The position numbers and the translations under genes were made by a program. Source: Octopus sinensis (Eukaryota). Taken from it: DNA of 64,000 nt. The number at the start of each line of letters is the position of its first letter. The stretch's first letter is position 1. The stretch covers positions 25,048,001-25,112,000 of the forward strand of contig NC_043002.1 of assembly GCF_006345805.1 (NCBI RefSeq), read 5' to 3'. The notes beneath the pieces are model-generated. The model saw nothing but the letters and a program-made list of their open reading frames with translations, searched no databases and was not told the origin of the DNA. Of this stretch, positions 23,908-36,417 are shown piece after piece.

Positions 23908-24754
23908 GGACATTTCAAAACATGAAATTTGTATCATAGAACCAGGGGTGTTCTCAGGTTGTTTGGTATCAAAAAGGGGTTGACATTTGTCTTCCACACC
24001 AGCATGCATTGTATCACAGTCAATTTGTGTTCTTGTTATACTTATTATAAGAAAAAAACCCCATGGGTTTTGAATTTTTTATACAATAAGTCAATTTAAC
24101 TAAATCGAGTTGACATTTGATCCTGAATCGGCCCAAATTGGCCCTAATTAAGCAGATTCACATTGCCCTACCAACAGTGACTAACTCATCTTTCATTTTT
24201 TTTTTCAAACAGTGTACCTTGGTCTACATTATCCAAACTGTCTTTTAAAAGAAGGCAAGATGAGGTGTGGTTTTTTGGGAGATTTATCCAAATGATGATG
24301 ATGATCAAGAAGACATAAGAAATTGGTTGAAGTTGGTCTCAAAATTCTGTACTTCAGAAGGGTATGACAAAAATAACATAAATTGTGAGATGCTAGAGAA
24401 AACTTATCCGACCCATGCAAGCATGACAAAGCAGATGCAACATGACGATGACTATGATGTGGTGCGCATGTGCGTGAAGCACTCAGTCCACTCTATAAGG
24501 TAGTTAATGTTAGAAAGAGCATGGAAAACGGATATTAAATGATGATGATGATGATGATGATATATATATATATATATATACATATATATATAGGATGACC
24601 AAAGGACACTGAGCCCTACAGAGGAGATGACAAAGGAATGAGATACCTGGTGCTTTGCTGTACTCAAGAAGACCCGTCCTTCACAGCAGATATGTTAATG
24701 AAGCTCCCCCTGCTGAAGACAATTGGCCTGCAAGAGCCCTGTGTCAGTAACATA

Positions 24755-24935
24755 TAGAAAGTACCCAGCACACTCTGTAAAGTGGTTGGCAATACGAAGG
24801 GCATCCAGCCATAGAAACCAAGCCAAATCAGACCAGAACCTGGTGCAACTCTCTTGCTTGCCATCTCTGATCAAACCATCCAACCACACCAACATGGAAA
24901 ACAGACATTAAAGGATGATGATGATGATGATGATC
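24755..24935 (+). mobile_element. RTE 3' tail fragment
   Basis: AAGGGCATCCAGC..CAGACCAGAACCTGGTGCA..CATGGAAAACAGACATTAAAGGATGATGATG. Confidence 0.75.
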
Positions 24936-25349
24936 ACACACACACAATATTTTAAAATTTCATGATTCTATATGTAAACACCCATAAAACTCTGCACATT
25001 TTTCACCAAAATCATGATTAAAATTAAGGCTGCAAGTTTCCATGTACACACAAACACTTTTATTATGAGAACAACAATAATGTAATATGTTACTTTTGTT
25101 TAGATTATCTTATTATTAATTAATATATCAATATACCTTACATAAAATGAAATATTAAAAATTAATATAATTCAATTATACATAAGTAGATTATCTACAG
25201 TTGTACAACACTGCAAGTTGAACATGAGGTTGTATTATATATGGACTTTTATGACGTGTAAAAGCATTAAAACTAAATATGTGCATATATGCTTGTTTGT
25301 GTGTGTAGATATTCACATTTATAACATACACACACATCTTTTATCTTTA

Positions 25350-25585
25350 AGGGCAGCGAGGTGGCAAAATCGTTAGCACACCAGGTGAAATGCTTAGCGG
25401 TATTTCATCTGCTGTTATGTTCTGAGTTCATATTCCGCCGAGGTCAAAATTTGCCTTTCATTCTTTCGGGGTCAATTAAATAAGTACCAGTTACGCACTG
25501 GGGTCAATTTAATCGACTTAATCCCTTTGTCTATCTTTGTTTGTCCTCTCTATGTCTAGCTCCCTGTAAGCAATAAAGAAATAAA
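25350..25585 (+). mobile_element. Near full-length SINE family 2
   Basis: GGCAGCGAGGTGGCAAAATCGTTAGCAC..GAGTTCATATTCC (A/B boxes), core GCCTTTCATTCTTTCGGGGTCAATTAAATAAGTACCAG. Confidence 0.85.
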
Positions 25586-25591
25586 TATATC

Positions 25592-26188
25592 TTTTATCTT
25601 ACTTGTTTCAGTCATTTGACTGTGGCCATGCCAAGGTACTGCCCTGAAGGGGTTTGGTTAAACAAATCAACTCCAGGACTCATTTTTTTTTAAAGCCTAG
25701 TACTTATTCTATGATCTCTATGCCAAACTGCTAAGTTATGGGGACAGAAATACACCACACTGGCTGTTAAGCAGTGGTGGGGGACAAACAAAGACACACA
25801 TATATATATTCTTCTATTCTTTTATTTGTTTCAGTCATTTTGATTGCAGCCATGCTGGAGCACCACCTTTAGTAGAACAAACTGACCCCAGGGCTTATTC
25901 TTTGTAAGCCTAGTACTTATTCTGTCGGTCTCTTCTACTGAACCGCCAAGTTACCGGGACGTAAACAACCAACATTGGTTGTCAAGCGATGGGGAGAAGG
26001 GCAAAAAACAGACACACATACATATATATATACGACGGGCTTTGTTCAGTTTCCATCTACTAAATCTATTCACAAGGCTTTGGTCGGCCTGAGGCTATAG
26101 TAGAAGACACTTGCCCAAGGTGCCACACAGAAGGACTGAACCCAGGACCATGTGGTTGGGAAGCAAGCTTCTTATCATACAGCCATGC
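25592..26188 (-). mobile_element. Two adjacent SINE family 1 copies (3' half 25592-25795; near full 25810-26188)
   Basis: Both are reverse-complement matches to 10899-11290. Confidence 0.87.
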
Positions 26189-26189
26189 C

Positions 26190-26221
<32 letters not shown>

Positions 26222-29200
26222 TGTCTTTAAAAAGTGTCAGTGGTGTTTCATTGAAGAAAAATTTGTTTTCTTTCCTTTGAGTTGAGCAGAGACATAGAGG
26301 TTTAATAACTGGCTCATTATTATTATTGTTGATGGAGATAGTGATGACAAGAGATAGTATTATCAATGTAACATTACCATTTTGCTGAATAATTACTACA
26401 GGTTAATTCCCATCAACTGTAGATTAAAATAGCAGGTATATCATATCTATTATAGAAGCTGAGTGTAAGAACTGTAACTTTGTAATTAGATCTGAGTCTG
26501 TAAAGAAACAGCTGTCTTTCTAACAAAATTTAACCACATCAGAGAATATTATTATCAATGCTTAAAATTTAGATTATCAGATAAATCTGGAATATAGCAT
26601 AAAAAAAAAAAGAATTGGCAAATATACTAGAACAATCAATATAGCAAAAATATTAAAAACAGAAAATGTTGCTGATGATGATTACCATGCGAAAACATAC
26701 AAAGAGGATAGCCACAGATTATTTCATCTTAGACAAGACAGTTTTACACCTACTTTAGTGAAACCAAATCAAAAGCCGGAGATATATATTAGGGTAAATT
26801 TTAAACAAACAGAAACAGGTTACGTTAATGGAAAATGAGAGAACATATTCAGTTTTATATGTCAGTAATAAAGCTGAATCTTTAGATTAATGCTGACATA
26901 TCATTTTCCCCAGATATTTACAAATATATCAAAGAACAGGGTGTGTTGACGTCACGTATCTTTGGTTATAATGAAACAGAAACTGTCGGAAGATGTAGCA
27001 TATAAGAACCTTTGAAACAAAGACTTCTAAAGAATGATTCAGATAAATACAGAACAGAGATTAGATTCTTCCCCCCCCCACCCCTTGTAGCAAACTGCAG
27101 AGAATATTTACAAGGTTAATACTTCTTCAGCAGCACTTAGTAATGGAGCCAATGAGAGTACTTTTAAAAGGTAGCTTGATCTGCTAGATATAGCAGCCAT
27201 ACCCAGCTTAAATAACACCCTACTACTTAGAAAAGAAAAGGTACATTGGATATAAAACTGATGAAAGTGGGGTCCAAAATTACAAAAAAGAAAAAAAAAA
27301 TGTATGACAATCTCAACAAGACAATAAGGGTAGATTTTCAGATTTTCCCAAAACCTAAAGTTAAGGATGTCAATATTGTAGATTTAAATACCTATTCTGT
27401 AGGTATTGTTGAATCACAAGAGCATGAGTACCAGCATCAAGAAGCACTACTGTTTGATCATCTCAAATCTGTATATATTTCCTATAAATCTAAGGCTTGA
27501 AGAATTGGACCCACTAGAAGTAGGTTAAGTTATCTTAATGTTTATAATTGCTGGAACCACATACTAGGGTTCCTGAAAGGAAACTAATTAAAAACAATAT
27601 GATGGGAACTTAACGAGAAGATCTACAGAATAAAGAATTACCATCATTATTGTTTCAACATGTTTTCTGGGTTTTTTTTTTTTTTTAATCTATGTTGGAA
27701 TAGGCTGGATAAGTCAACAATACATCAAGAATGTGTTCTCAGAATCACCATAACTATAACCAATCTGCTCTATTAGTGGTTAATGGTGACAGGACATCCA
27801 GCGATAGATTACAAGCCAACTCAAATTATTCTATTTAGTAGAACAATTCTGAAGACAAGATATGCTATTAGAAAATAAATTGGTAGCATTTGAGCAATGA
27901 GTTACAAGAGAATTTTACTGCAAGTCAACCTGATTAATTTGACTTATAATCAAAGACATTCCAACCATGACCATCTATCTTATATCCACTAGACAGTTTA
28001 TTGCAGATTACATTCACCAATACCTCTGGCCATTTTGCTTATAGATAGTTGGGTGCAACTGAGGAACTTAGTTGCAATTCCTAGGTGGTTGAAGACTTCC
28101 TCATAGGTCCATGTATAGCTTTACCAACTCAGTATTACTACGCAATTTTATATATATATATAATACACACATATAGAATAGTATTTATTGCCACAATGTT
28201 CTAACATTTGACATACATAATCTATGCATTAATACAATAGTACATTCTTACCTACCTACCTACCTACCTTTAATGTCATGCTAAGGGATTTAAGTCAAAG
28301 AAAAGAGAGAAAGCCAGAGAAAACTAAAAAGTGAAAATATAATACTAAATAATGATAGTGGTGGTGGTGATGAAAGCACTTCTTTCTTGTGTGTGATGGT
28401 GGTAGCAAAGGCATTGTTCAATGACAATTACTTGTAAAAAAAAGTGCATGTTTGAAATCATATGGTATTTTAAATTTCAGTTCACACACAATAAATGTAT
28501 CATTCACCATCAATTCCTTTGTCATCGTTGTCATGCATTGTATGCTTTTTGCAGTACATTGATGACATCACGAAGAAAGTCTTCTCAGTTAAATAAAAGT
28601 TTTCCCACCAGATGAAGCCACAGTATTACTTTGTTCTGACTTTCTTACAGAGTTTTTTTTTTTTTTGGTAGAGATATCGGGATGGTTTGCCAATGCCTTC
28701 CTCAAATGGATGGTTGCTGGCTCACAAGGAGAACATCCATCCTTCAACAAGTTTTGTTTTTTTAATCCTGCTGGATGTCCAGATACCCTCCTCACAAGAG
28801 TAGCAAGCCACTCAAGTGTGTGAGCCAGTTTAGTCACTGACTACTCAACCATAGAACTAATACTGGTTTACATGGTACCAGTAACAGGTCTCATCAGCCT
28901 GTGATGGGATCCCTAACTGGACTTAAGCAACTGCTTACTACGTATAAAACCCACTTTTACTACTATCTCCATTAAATAATACCCTACCAGTATTAATTAC
29001 CACAACAAACTATTTTAGTTCTCAGTGTATATACATACATCATCATTTAACATCTTTTTTTCTATGCTGTGCATGTGTGTGTATGTGTTGTTCATAAGAA
29101 CCAGGCTGACAGACATAAACTAAAGGACTCAATACTTCAGTAAGTAAAATGTCTGTTGTGAGTTTAGAATCACTAAGAACTTAAACAAGAAATTAATTCT

Positions 29201-31545
29201 GTAAACTAATCACCAAACTAAAATAAGCAATATTATCATCACCATCATTTCAAATCTGCCTTTCATGCTAGCATTGGAGGATGATTCAATAGGATTCAGG
29301 GTTCTGAAGAACATGTCTTTCTCTAGTGTCTCAGTCTAAAATACACATACATAAGGCACGCTGGCAGAAACACTGGCACATTACGCAAAAAATGTTTTGA
29401 GGTATTTCTTCTGGTTCTTTTATGTTCTAAATTTAAAATTCCACTGAGGTCAACCTTGCCATTCATTCCTAAGCCAAAATTCAAAACCATACACACACAC
29501 ACACACACAATCCTCCATTTTCCAATGCTAATATGAGTTAAGTGTTTATATTACTAAGGTATTGTTTTACAGCCAGATACCTTTCATATTACTAACCTAT
29601 ACCTGTTTTACAAGTCATGGACATATACACACATTATATATGTAAAGAAAAAATATAAGAACAAATTAACAGATTAGATTTTAATAAAAACTATGTTAAA
29701 TCAATCTAAGCACTTATTTACAATCAGAATCACAATTATCACCAGTGGGGGCAACAACACTAACAGTTATCTATCTCAGATTTCCATAAACACCAAACAG
29801 AAATATGATCTTTCACTTTGTAGGAGTACTTTGTGGTAGGTAGCTAAAACTAACTTTAAAGCACGGAAATAGCTGTTAATAAAGTAGATATATCTGATTT
29901 GAAAAAGAATTTCACGCTAATTCAGCTTGGTCGTTTGGCAAGTGATAGATATTTCTTTCCTGTTCTCTCAGGAAAAGTTTTCCTCTGAAATTAATTTCTG
30001 AATATGTATAATCTTTCATGAAATGTTTTTATTTTATCATTTCATCATGACTTTTTGTAAACAATAACATTGTTGATAACAAGTTTCCGACAACATAACT
30101 AACTACTGATTCACTCTGTCTCTGATTCAACTCAGGTGCAATAATAACACCAGGGTATTTTGGTTCCATCACATTGGTTTCCTTGCAGATGTGTACATTT
30201 TTCACAAATATACACCACACATATACAACAGGATTCTGCAGAAGCTCCATCAACCAAATTTCTGTCTTGTGGAATTAACATGAGGTAAAGCAGGAAACAC
30301 TGCCCAGGGTACAACACAGTGAGATTGAACCTACAACTGCTTGTTTGTGAACCAGTCTCCTTAACCATACAGCTACATAATACATAATATACATACATAC
30401 TATACATACCAAACACACAAATATACATGAGGTAGTTTTATAGTGAAACAAAATGTCAAAGAAGTCCAAGACATTTTCAGCTTAATATACTCAACTAATT
30501 TAATAGGATTATATAATTAATAAAGACATCCATTAGGAAAAGCCATGAATCTGATATAAATTGCAGGCATGTATTCTAGAGTATTCTAATATTTCTTTGT
30601 AATTAATCTCTGATTACCTTGCTGACTATCATCTAAACCACTCCTGCAACTATGACCTTCCTCTCAGTTTTAGTTCAATTTGTAAAGGAAGTACTATTCA
30701 CCAATACATCCTCCATGAATACAGATATATGTGAGCCATGAGAGAACCTTAATGCAATTCCTCAATACGCTAGAAATAACAGTCAAACCTTTGAGTTACC
30801 CCACTCCATTGTCTGAAAAATGGAATACATTGGACATTGTAGTGCTACATATACATAGCAAGGTCAAATCTGAAATGCTTTTGGTCATATGTATCCTGAA
30901 TTAAAGCTGACTTGGGATGCAACTTGGGAGAATGAGAAATAATAATAGTCTCATTCAACTATATTAAAACAGTCACTACCAGTTAATTAAAATGTAGAAC
31001 ATACAGTACCTTTAATGATCATGGGTTTATGTAAACCATTTTGCCATCCAATTTGTTTGGAGTTTACAAGAGTAAGTGTTCAATGACTGGATAATCACCA
31101 CATGAATTTCCACATTAAAATATAATTGGGAGGGGGACTATTAGTTATATATTATGAGATAAAAAAAACTTTTTCAATATTCAATAACCTTAAAGATCAA
31201 CTCAGACATTTAAAAATTTACTGAATTATCTCCATTATAAGTAAAACATCTTCAAATTTGCTTGTAGGTAAAGAACTGCTGAAGCCTTGTATAAAAACTT
31301 TTCTACAAAATGTAGAAGCATGATTTCACCATGATTTCCTATGCTTAACACTATTTCATAAACAAAAGATTCAGATGCAAAAAATATAATTTCAACCAAA
31401 AACAGCAGTTGATTCTATACTAAACCCCACTCCAAAATCATCTAACACTACAATACTGCTCAAACATACAAAGGGAACCACAAACACACACACAGATCAG
31501 CATTTGAATAACGGTTTGATTATTAAGTAAAAATGCTTCACTCAC

Positions 31546-31652
31546 CAACACTGTCCTGCCGCCCCACCATGAGTTGTATAGTCCTTGTCTTTGACACTAC
31601 TAGAGAAACAGTCTGATCCTTTGAGAGTTTGCTAACTGTATGCTGCCATTAC
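31546..31652 (-). other. Candidate 107-nt exon of an unidentified minus-strand transcript
   Basis: Acceptor TTTATTTTGTGTTTAG and donor TTG|GTGAGT. Stops occur in all three frames, so it is UTR, non-coding or pseudogenic if real. Confidence 0.4.
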
Positions 31653-32544
31653 CTAAACACAAAATAAACACAAATGTAAATAAAAATATTTAAATGATAT
31701 TAAAATGATAGAATTCTAAGAACAATCAAAGACCTGAAATATTAGAGTTTGTTTATATTTCTGACAACGACAAAATATATTTTAAAATCCAGGAATACAA
31801 CATCTAAATTCTAAAACCAAAGGAAACTAACCAAGAATGGTAAAGTATGATTGCTTCTGTCAATTAGTTGCATTGGTTATTTCCACATTGTCAGAAGTGA
31901 GTGCCACCACTGAACTAAACAGTACTATTTGCATACAGGTGGCAGATTTAACAGATCGCATCCTTCTGTGCAAGACATTCGAAGTAAAATCTAGAATCTA
32001 TAAGAACCGGTGATGGTCTATGTCTGTAATAAATAATTTCATAGGAGAGAGTTTTAGGAAAGTGAATAAGTTTAAATGATGCGAGGAGTAAAACCTTTGG
32101 TGACTTTGGTTTTTTTTTTTTGTCTGAGAATGAAAAAGACAGAAATTGGTGATGTGATTTTTACTGAAAGCTTCTATCTCTCTTCGCTACAATCTGAAAT
32201 CTAACATTCTTCACTACTCACAGCAACTGAAATTATCCAAATCTTTTATGAACCTTCAGTTTAGTTCATTAAGGAACTCTTAAAAAGTTTCTTTAAATGA
32301 TTGACAATTTCTAAAGACTTGAAAAGACATCAACTCTTCCATCTGTGCATTACCAGAGAGCCAAATGTGTAGCTAACATACACTTTGAATAAAAATCATT
32401 CAAACCATGATAATTCATTCAAACCATGTCAGCTTGGAAAGTGGATGCAAAAAGATAATACTCTCATATACAGTCCTCGCATGATCATACTCTCATACAT
32501 AAGTATATTTATACATATCTATTATATATGTGTGTTTGTGTGTG

Positions 32545-32574
<30 letters not shown>

Positions 32575-32581
<7 letters not shown>

Positions 32582-32850
32582 GGAGAATTCACAAAAAAAC
32601 CCAAAAGACACGTGGTGTAGACAACAAACAGATGTATTAGTATAACGCTCGGGAAGTGAAAAAGTCTTTAACATTTTGAGCCTACGCTCTTCCACAAAAA
32701 GGAACACAGAAAGAAACAAGGATAGAAAATAAAGAATATGTAGTGGCTAGCGATCTATCATGGCGAAGGCCAGACAGAAGGGTCACACAGGAAAGCTAGG
32801 GAGAAGGGAAGATAACAAAGTGGTGGTGATCCCAAAACGAAGGTGCGCGT
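32575..32850 (-). mobile_element. Penelope-like terminal-repeat remnant with degenerate hammerhead-like motif
   Basis: Inverted, diverged copy of 34670-34950; contains GAAGAGCGTAGGCTCAAAATGTTAAAG on the minus strand. The Penelope assignment is inferred from the HHR-like motif and the neighbouring inverted structures. Confidence 0.55.
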
Positions 32851-33083
32851 GCATGTGTATAAGAGAGATTGTATGCGCATGTGGAATAGAGCTGGTGATC
32901 TTGACGTGTGCGTGTGTGTATGTGTAGGTGTGAATATGTGGGGATGGGAAGTGGTCAGTGCTGATGTGTGCATGGTCATGTGTTGTGTTGTGTGTATGGT
33001 TGGTGTAAGATGTAGTGGTGTGTGGTGTGGTGTGATGGTGTTGGGAGGTGGGGGAGGCAGGAGTGGGGAAAGCAAGGGTGGGG

Positions 33084-33330
33084 TGTGTCTGGGGAGAGTC
33101 ATTCTCTTTTAGTGCCTTATTATTTAACACACTTGCTGGATAAGTTTCCACTCATTTACTTATTTTTGTTGCGCCTTGCAACCTTTTTTGGTAGTCATTG
33201 ACTGTCAGTTATCCAAGCAGCTTGGATAACAGAAAATTTTAGGAAAATAAATAAGTAAATGAATGGAAACTTTACTGGTGAGTGTGTTAAATAATAAGGC
33301 ACTAAAAAAGAATGACTCTCCCCAGACACA
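33084..33330. repeat. Inverted repeat with ~84-bp arms and a central 10-bp perfect hairpin
   Basis: 33084-33167 vs 33246-33330, about 90% complementary by eye; GTTATCCAAG-CAG-CTTGGATAAC at 33208-33230. Confidence 0.9.
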
Positions 33331-33424
33331 ACAAAATATGCTTCAGCACATGAATTCACATAAAGAATTTTGCAAACCAAATCCAAAAACGAAGTATATA
33401 TATATATGATTAATTAAAAAAAAA

Positions 33425-33620
33425 ACAAGGAAAGACAAGAAAAAACAACAACGCAAGGACATAGTACATGCAAAGTATTAATGAGACACTCAGGGAAGGA
33501 AAGAAAGAGTGGTTGTTTTACGTTTCAAGAAAAGCTCTTCTTTGGTAACAGGAAACATAGGAAAGTCCAAATGGAAAGGAAAAGGAGGAAAAAAAAATGA
33601 CCAGAAGTAGATGGACAAAA
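33425..33620 (-). mobile_element. Penelope-like remnant, second subfamily (related to 52100-52290)
   Basis: Shares ACAACGCAAGGAC..CTCAGG..GGAAAGAA..ACGTTTC..AGCTCTTC..GGAAACATAGG with 52100-52290. Confidence 0.55.
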
Positions 33621-34394
33621 AGAAAGTCCTTTCTGGGATGGGGGAGTGTGAAGAATGATTGGTATCTGTGTGCATGTATGTGAGTGTGTGTGTGTGTCTG
33701 GTGGCATGTGTGTGTGTGTGATAGAGTGTGTGTGTGTGGCAGTAACAGAGTGTGTGATGGCATATGGTGGTGGTATACATTATATATAAAATATATATAT
33801 ATATATACATGTATATAATATATATACACACACATATATATATACAGAATATGTGGGTTTAGTTCACTGGTGATCTAAATGAATATGTACACTGGGTTAG
33901 TGCTGTAATGGATTATCATGGTTACAAGCTCATTACTGAGACGGGAACTACAGATCCATGAAAGAGGACCACAAACACCGTACATACATATGTATATACA
34001 CCGTACATACATATGTATATACAATTATAAACAAGGCAAAACAAAAAAGATTTCTATGCCAATATGCTGAGAATAGACTTTAAATCATCAATCACCACAT
34101 ACAATATACATTCACTATGAATACACGCCATGCTGAAATTGAGGAAGGCAAGCTAACAGAATCTTTTTTTTAAATACTTTATCTATTGAATCCATTTCGG
34201 GATTAATCTCACAGATTTTCCCTCTACAGTAGAGAATACAATAAGAAATAAATGAAATACTTACAAGCACTCATGGAAAAAAGCAGAAGCAATTGTTTAT
34301 AATTATCACCTTTAAAGGTATTTTAATATGCTAGCCACTTTGATGAAATTTTTGGGGAAAAAATTTTATCCTTTATTAGAAGTATATATGTATA

Positions 34395-34443
<49 letters not shown>

Positions 34444-34445
<2 letters not shown>

Positions 34446-34603
34446 ACATAAGGGGATTAGCCATCTGAATGTAGCTAGGGACAGGGCGGGGTGGTGGGGG
34501 TGTTACTGATGCATTTAGCCCCAGGGGCTAAATGCATCAGTAACACCCCCACCACCCCGCCCTGTCCCTAGCCACATTCAGATGGCTGATCCCCCTTATG
34601 TTA
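34444..34603. repeat. 160-bp near-perfect palindrome with a 1-nt loop
   Basis: Arms 34444-34522 and 34524-34603 differ by 2 substitutions and 1 G-run indel; centre GCCCC-A-GGGGC. Confidence 0.95.
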
Positions 34604-34669
34604 GAGAGCAGTTACTGTTTATATCTCGCTCGGAGATTTATTATTGTTATATATATATATATATATACA

Positions 34670-34950
34670 AATGCACCTTCGTTTGAGGATCACCACTACT
34701 TTTTTATTTCTCCTTCTTCCTAGCTCCCTGTCTGACCACTTCTGTCTGGCATTCGCCATGATTAATTGCTAGCCACTAAACCTTTTTTTTTATTTTCTCT
34801 CTCAGCTTATTTCTGTATTCCTTTCTGTTGAAGAGTATAGGCTCAAAACGTAAAAGACTTTCTCACTTCCCATGTGTTAAAGTAATACATCTGTTTGCTG
34901 TTTACACACCTGTCTTTGTCTTTTGTTTTGTTTTGTTTTTTTGTAAATTC
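34670..34950 (+). mobile_element. Penelope-like terminal-repeat remnant with hammerhead-like motif
   Basis: CTTT-CTGTTGA-A-GAGT-ATAG-GCTC-AAAA-C-GTA-AAAG at 34821-34856; inverted relative to 32575-32850. Confidence 0.55.
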
Positions 34951-34964
34951 CAACTATATATATA

Positions 34965-36375
34965 TATCATCATCATTGTTTAACGTCCGCTTTTTATGCT
35001 AGCATGGGTTGGACGGTTCAACTGGGGTCTGGCGAGCCCGAAGGCTGCACCAGGCCAGTCAGATCTGGCAGTGTTTCTACAGCTGGATGCCCTTCCTAAT
35101 GCCAACCACTCCGAGAGTGTAGTGGGTGATTTTATGTGCCACCGACACAGGTGCCAGATGAGGCTGGCAGACGGCTACGCTCGGATGGTGTTTTTTATGT
35201 GCCACCGACACAGGTGCCAGACGAGGCTGGCAGACGGCCACGCTCGGATGGTGTTTTTTATGTGCCACCGACACAGGTGCCAGACGAGGCTGGCGAACGG
35301 CCATGATCGGATGGTGTTTGTTACGTGCCCACAGCACGGAGGCCAGTCGATGCGGTACTGGCTACGGCCACGTTCGGATGGATTTCTTATGTGCCACCGG
35401 CACTGGTACCACAAAGATACAAATTCCATTGATGTTCATCTATTTTGATTTGGTTTGATTTGATTTGATTTGATTTGATTTTCACTTGCCTCAACAGGTC
35501 TTCACAAGTGTCACAGGAAGGAAGGTATGCACTGGTGGACTGACTACGTCCCAAGTAGGGGCCACAGGTTATGGCTTCACTAGTCTTGCCGGGTCTTCTC
35601 ACGCACAGCATACTTCCATAGGTCTCGGTCTCTAGTCATTTCCATGGTGAGACCTAACGTTCAAAGGTCGTGCTTCACCACCTCGTCCCAGGTTTTCCTG
35701 CATCTGCCTCTTCCACGGGTTCCCTCAACTGCTAGGGATTGGCACTTTCTCACACACCTATCTTCATCCATTCTCGCCACATGACCATACCAGCGCAATC
35801 GTCTCTCTTGCACACCACAACTGATGCTTCTTAGGTACAACATTTCTCTCAAGGTACTAATGCTCTGTCGAGTAAGTACACTGACATTACACATCCATCG
35901 GAGCATACTGGCTTCATTCCTCATGAGTTTACGCATGTCCTCAGCAGTCACAGCCCATGTTTCACTGCCATGTAGCATGGCAGTTCGTACACATGCATCA
36001 TACAGTCTGCCTTTTACTCTGAGCGAGAGGCCTTTAGTCACCAGCAGAGGTAAGAGCTCCCTAAACTTTGCCCAGGCTATTCTTATTCTAGCAGTTACAC
36101 TTTCAGCGCACCCACCCCACTACTGACTTGGTCACCTAGATAACGGAAGCTATCAACTACTTCTAGTTTTTCCCCTGGAAAGTGACGGAAGTTGTTTTCT
36201 GCAGATTTTCGGAGGTCAATGCTCCCGAGCATCTGCCACATACAAAAACTATCTTCCCAGTTAGCCTACCTTTGACATTGCTGCACCTCTTATGTGTCCA
36301 TAGCTTACACTGGGTACATCTTATAGAGTTTCTACCTACACCTTTTCTACAGATCGAGCAGGGCCATCTTCCTGA
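34965..36375 (-). mobile_element. 5'-truncated RTE-clade LINE (PHD-like insert, RT C-terminus, 3' UTR with minisatellite, (GAT)n tail)
   Basis: ORFs 36163-36447 (WPCSICRKGVGRNSIRCTQC..H..C..C..C) and 35661-36041 (LYDACVRTAMLHGSETW..RRLRWYGHVARM..RGRGR), which are typical RTE motifs. Confidence 0.9.
35131..35405. repeat. 63-bp minisatellite (~4.3 units) in the RTE 3' UTR
   Basis: A(T/C)GTGCC unit starts at 35134, 35197, 35260, 35323 and 35389. Confidence 0.92.
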
Positions 36376-36379
36376 AGAC

Positions 36380-36417
<38 letters not shown>

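Noticed and set aside
24213-24264. Plus-strand exon-like segment (YLGLHYPNCLLKEGKM) after a strong polypyrimidine acceptor
   Set aside because: Weak donor, unrecognised peptide, no partner exons.
35131-35405. Regular 63-bp repeats resembling a CRISPR array or repeat protein
   Set aside because: Whole units repeat with no unique spacers, there are no cas genes, the context is eukaryotic, and they lie in an RTE 3' UTR.
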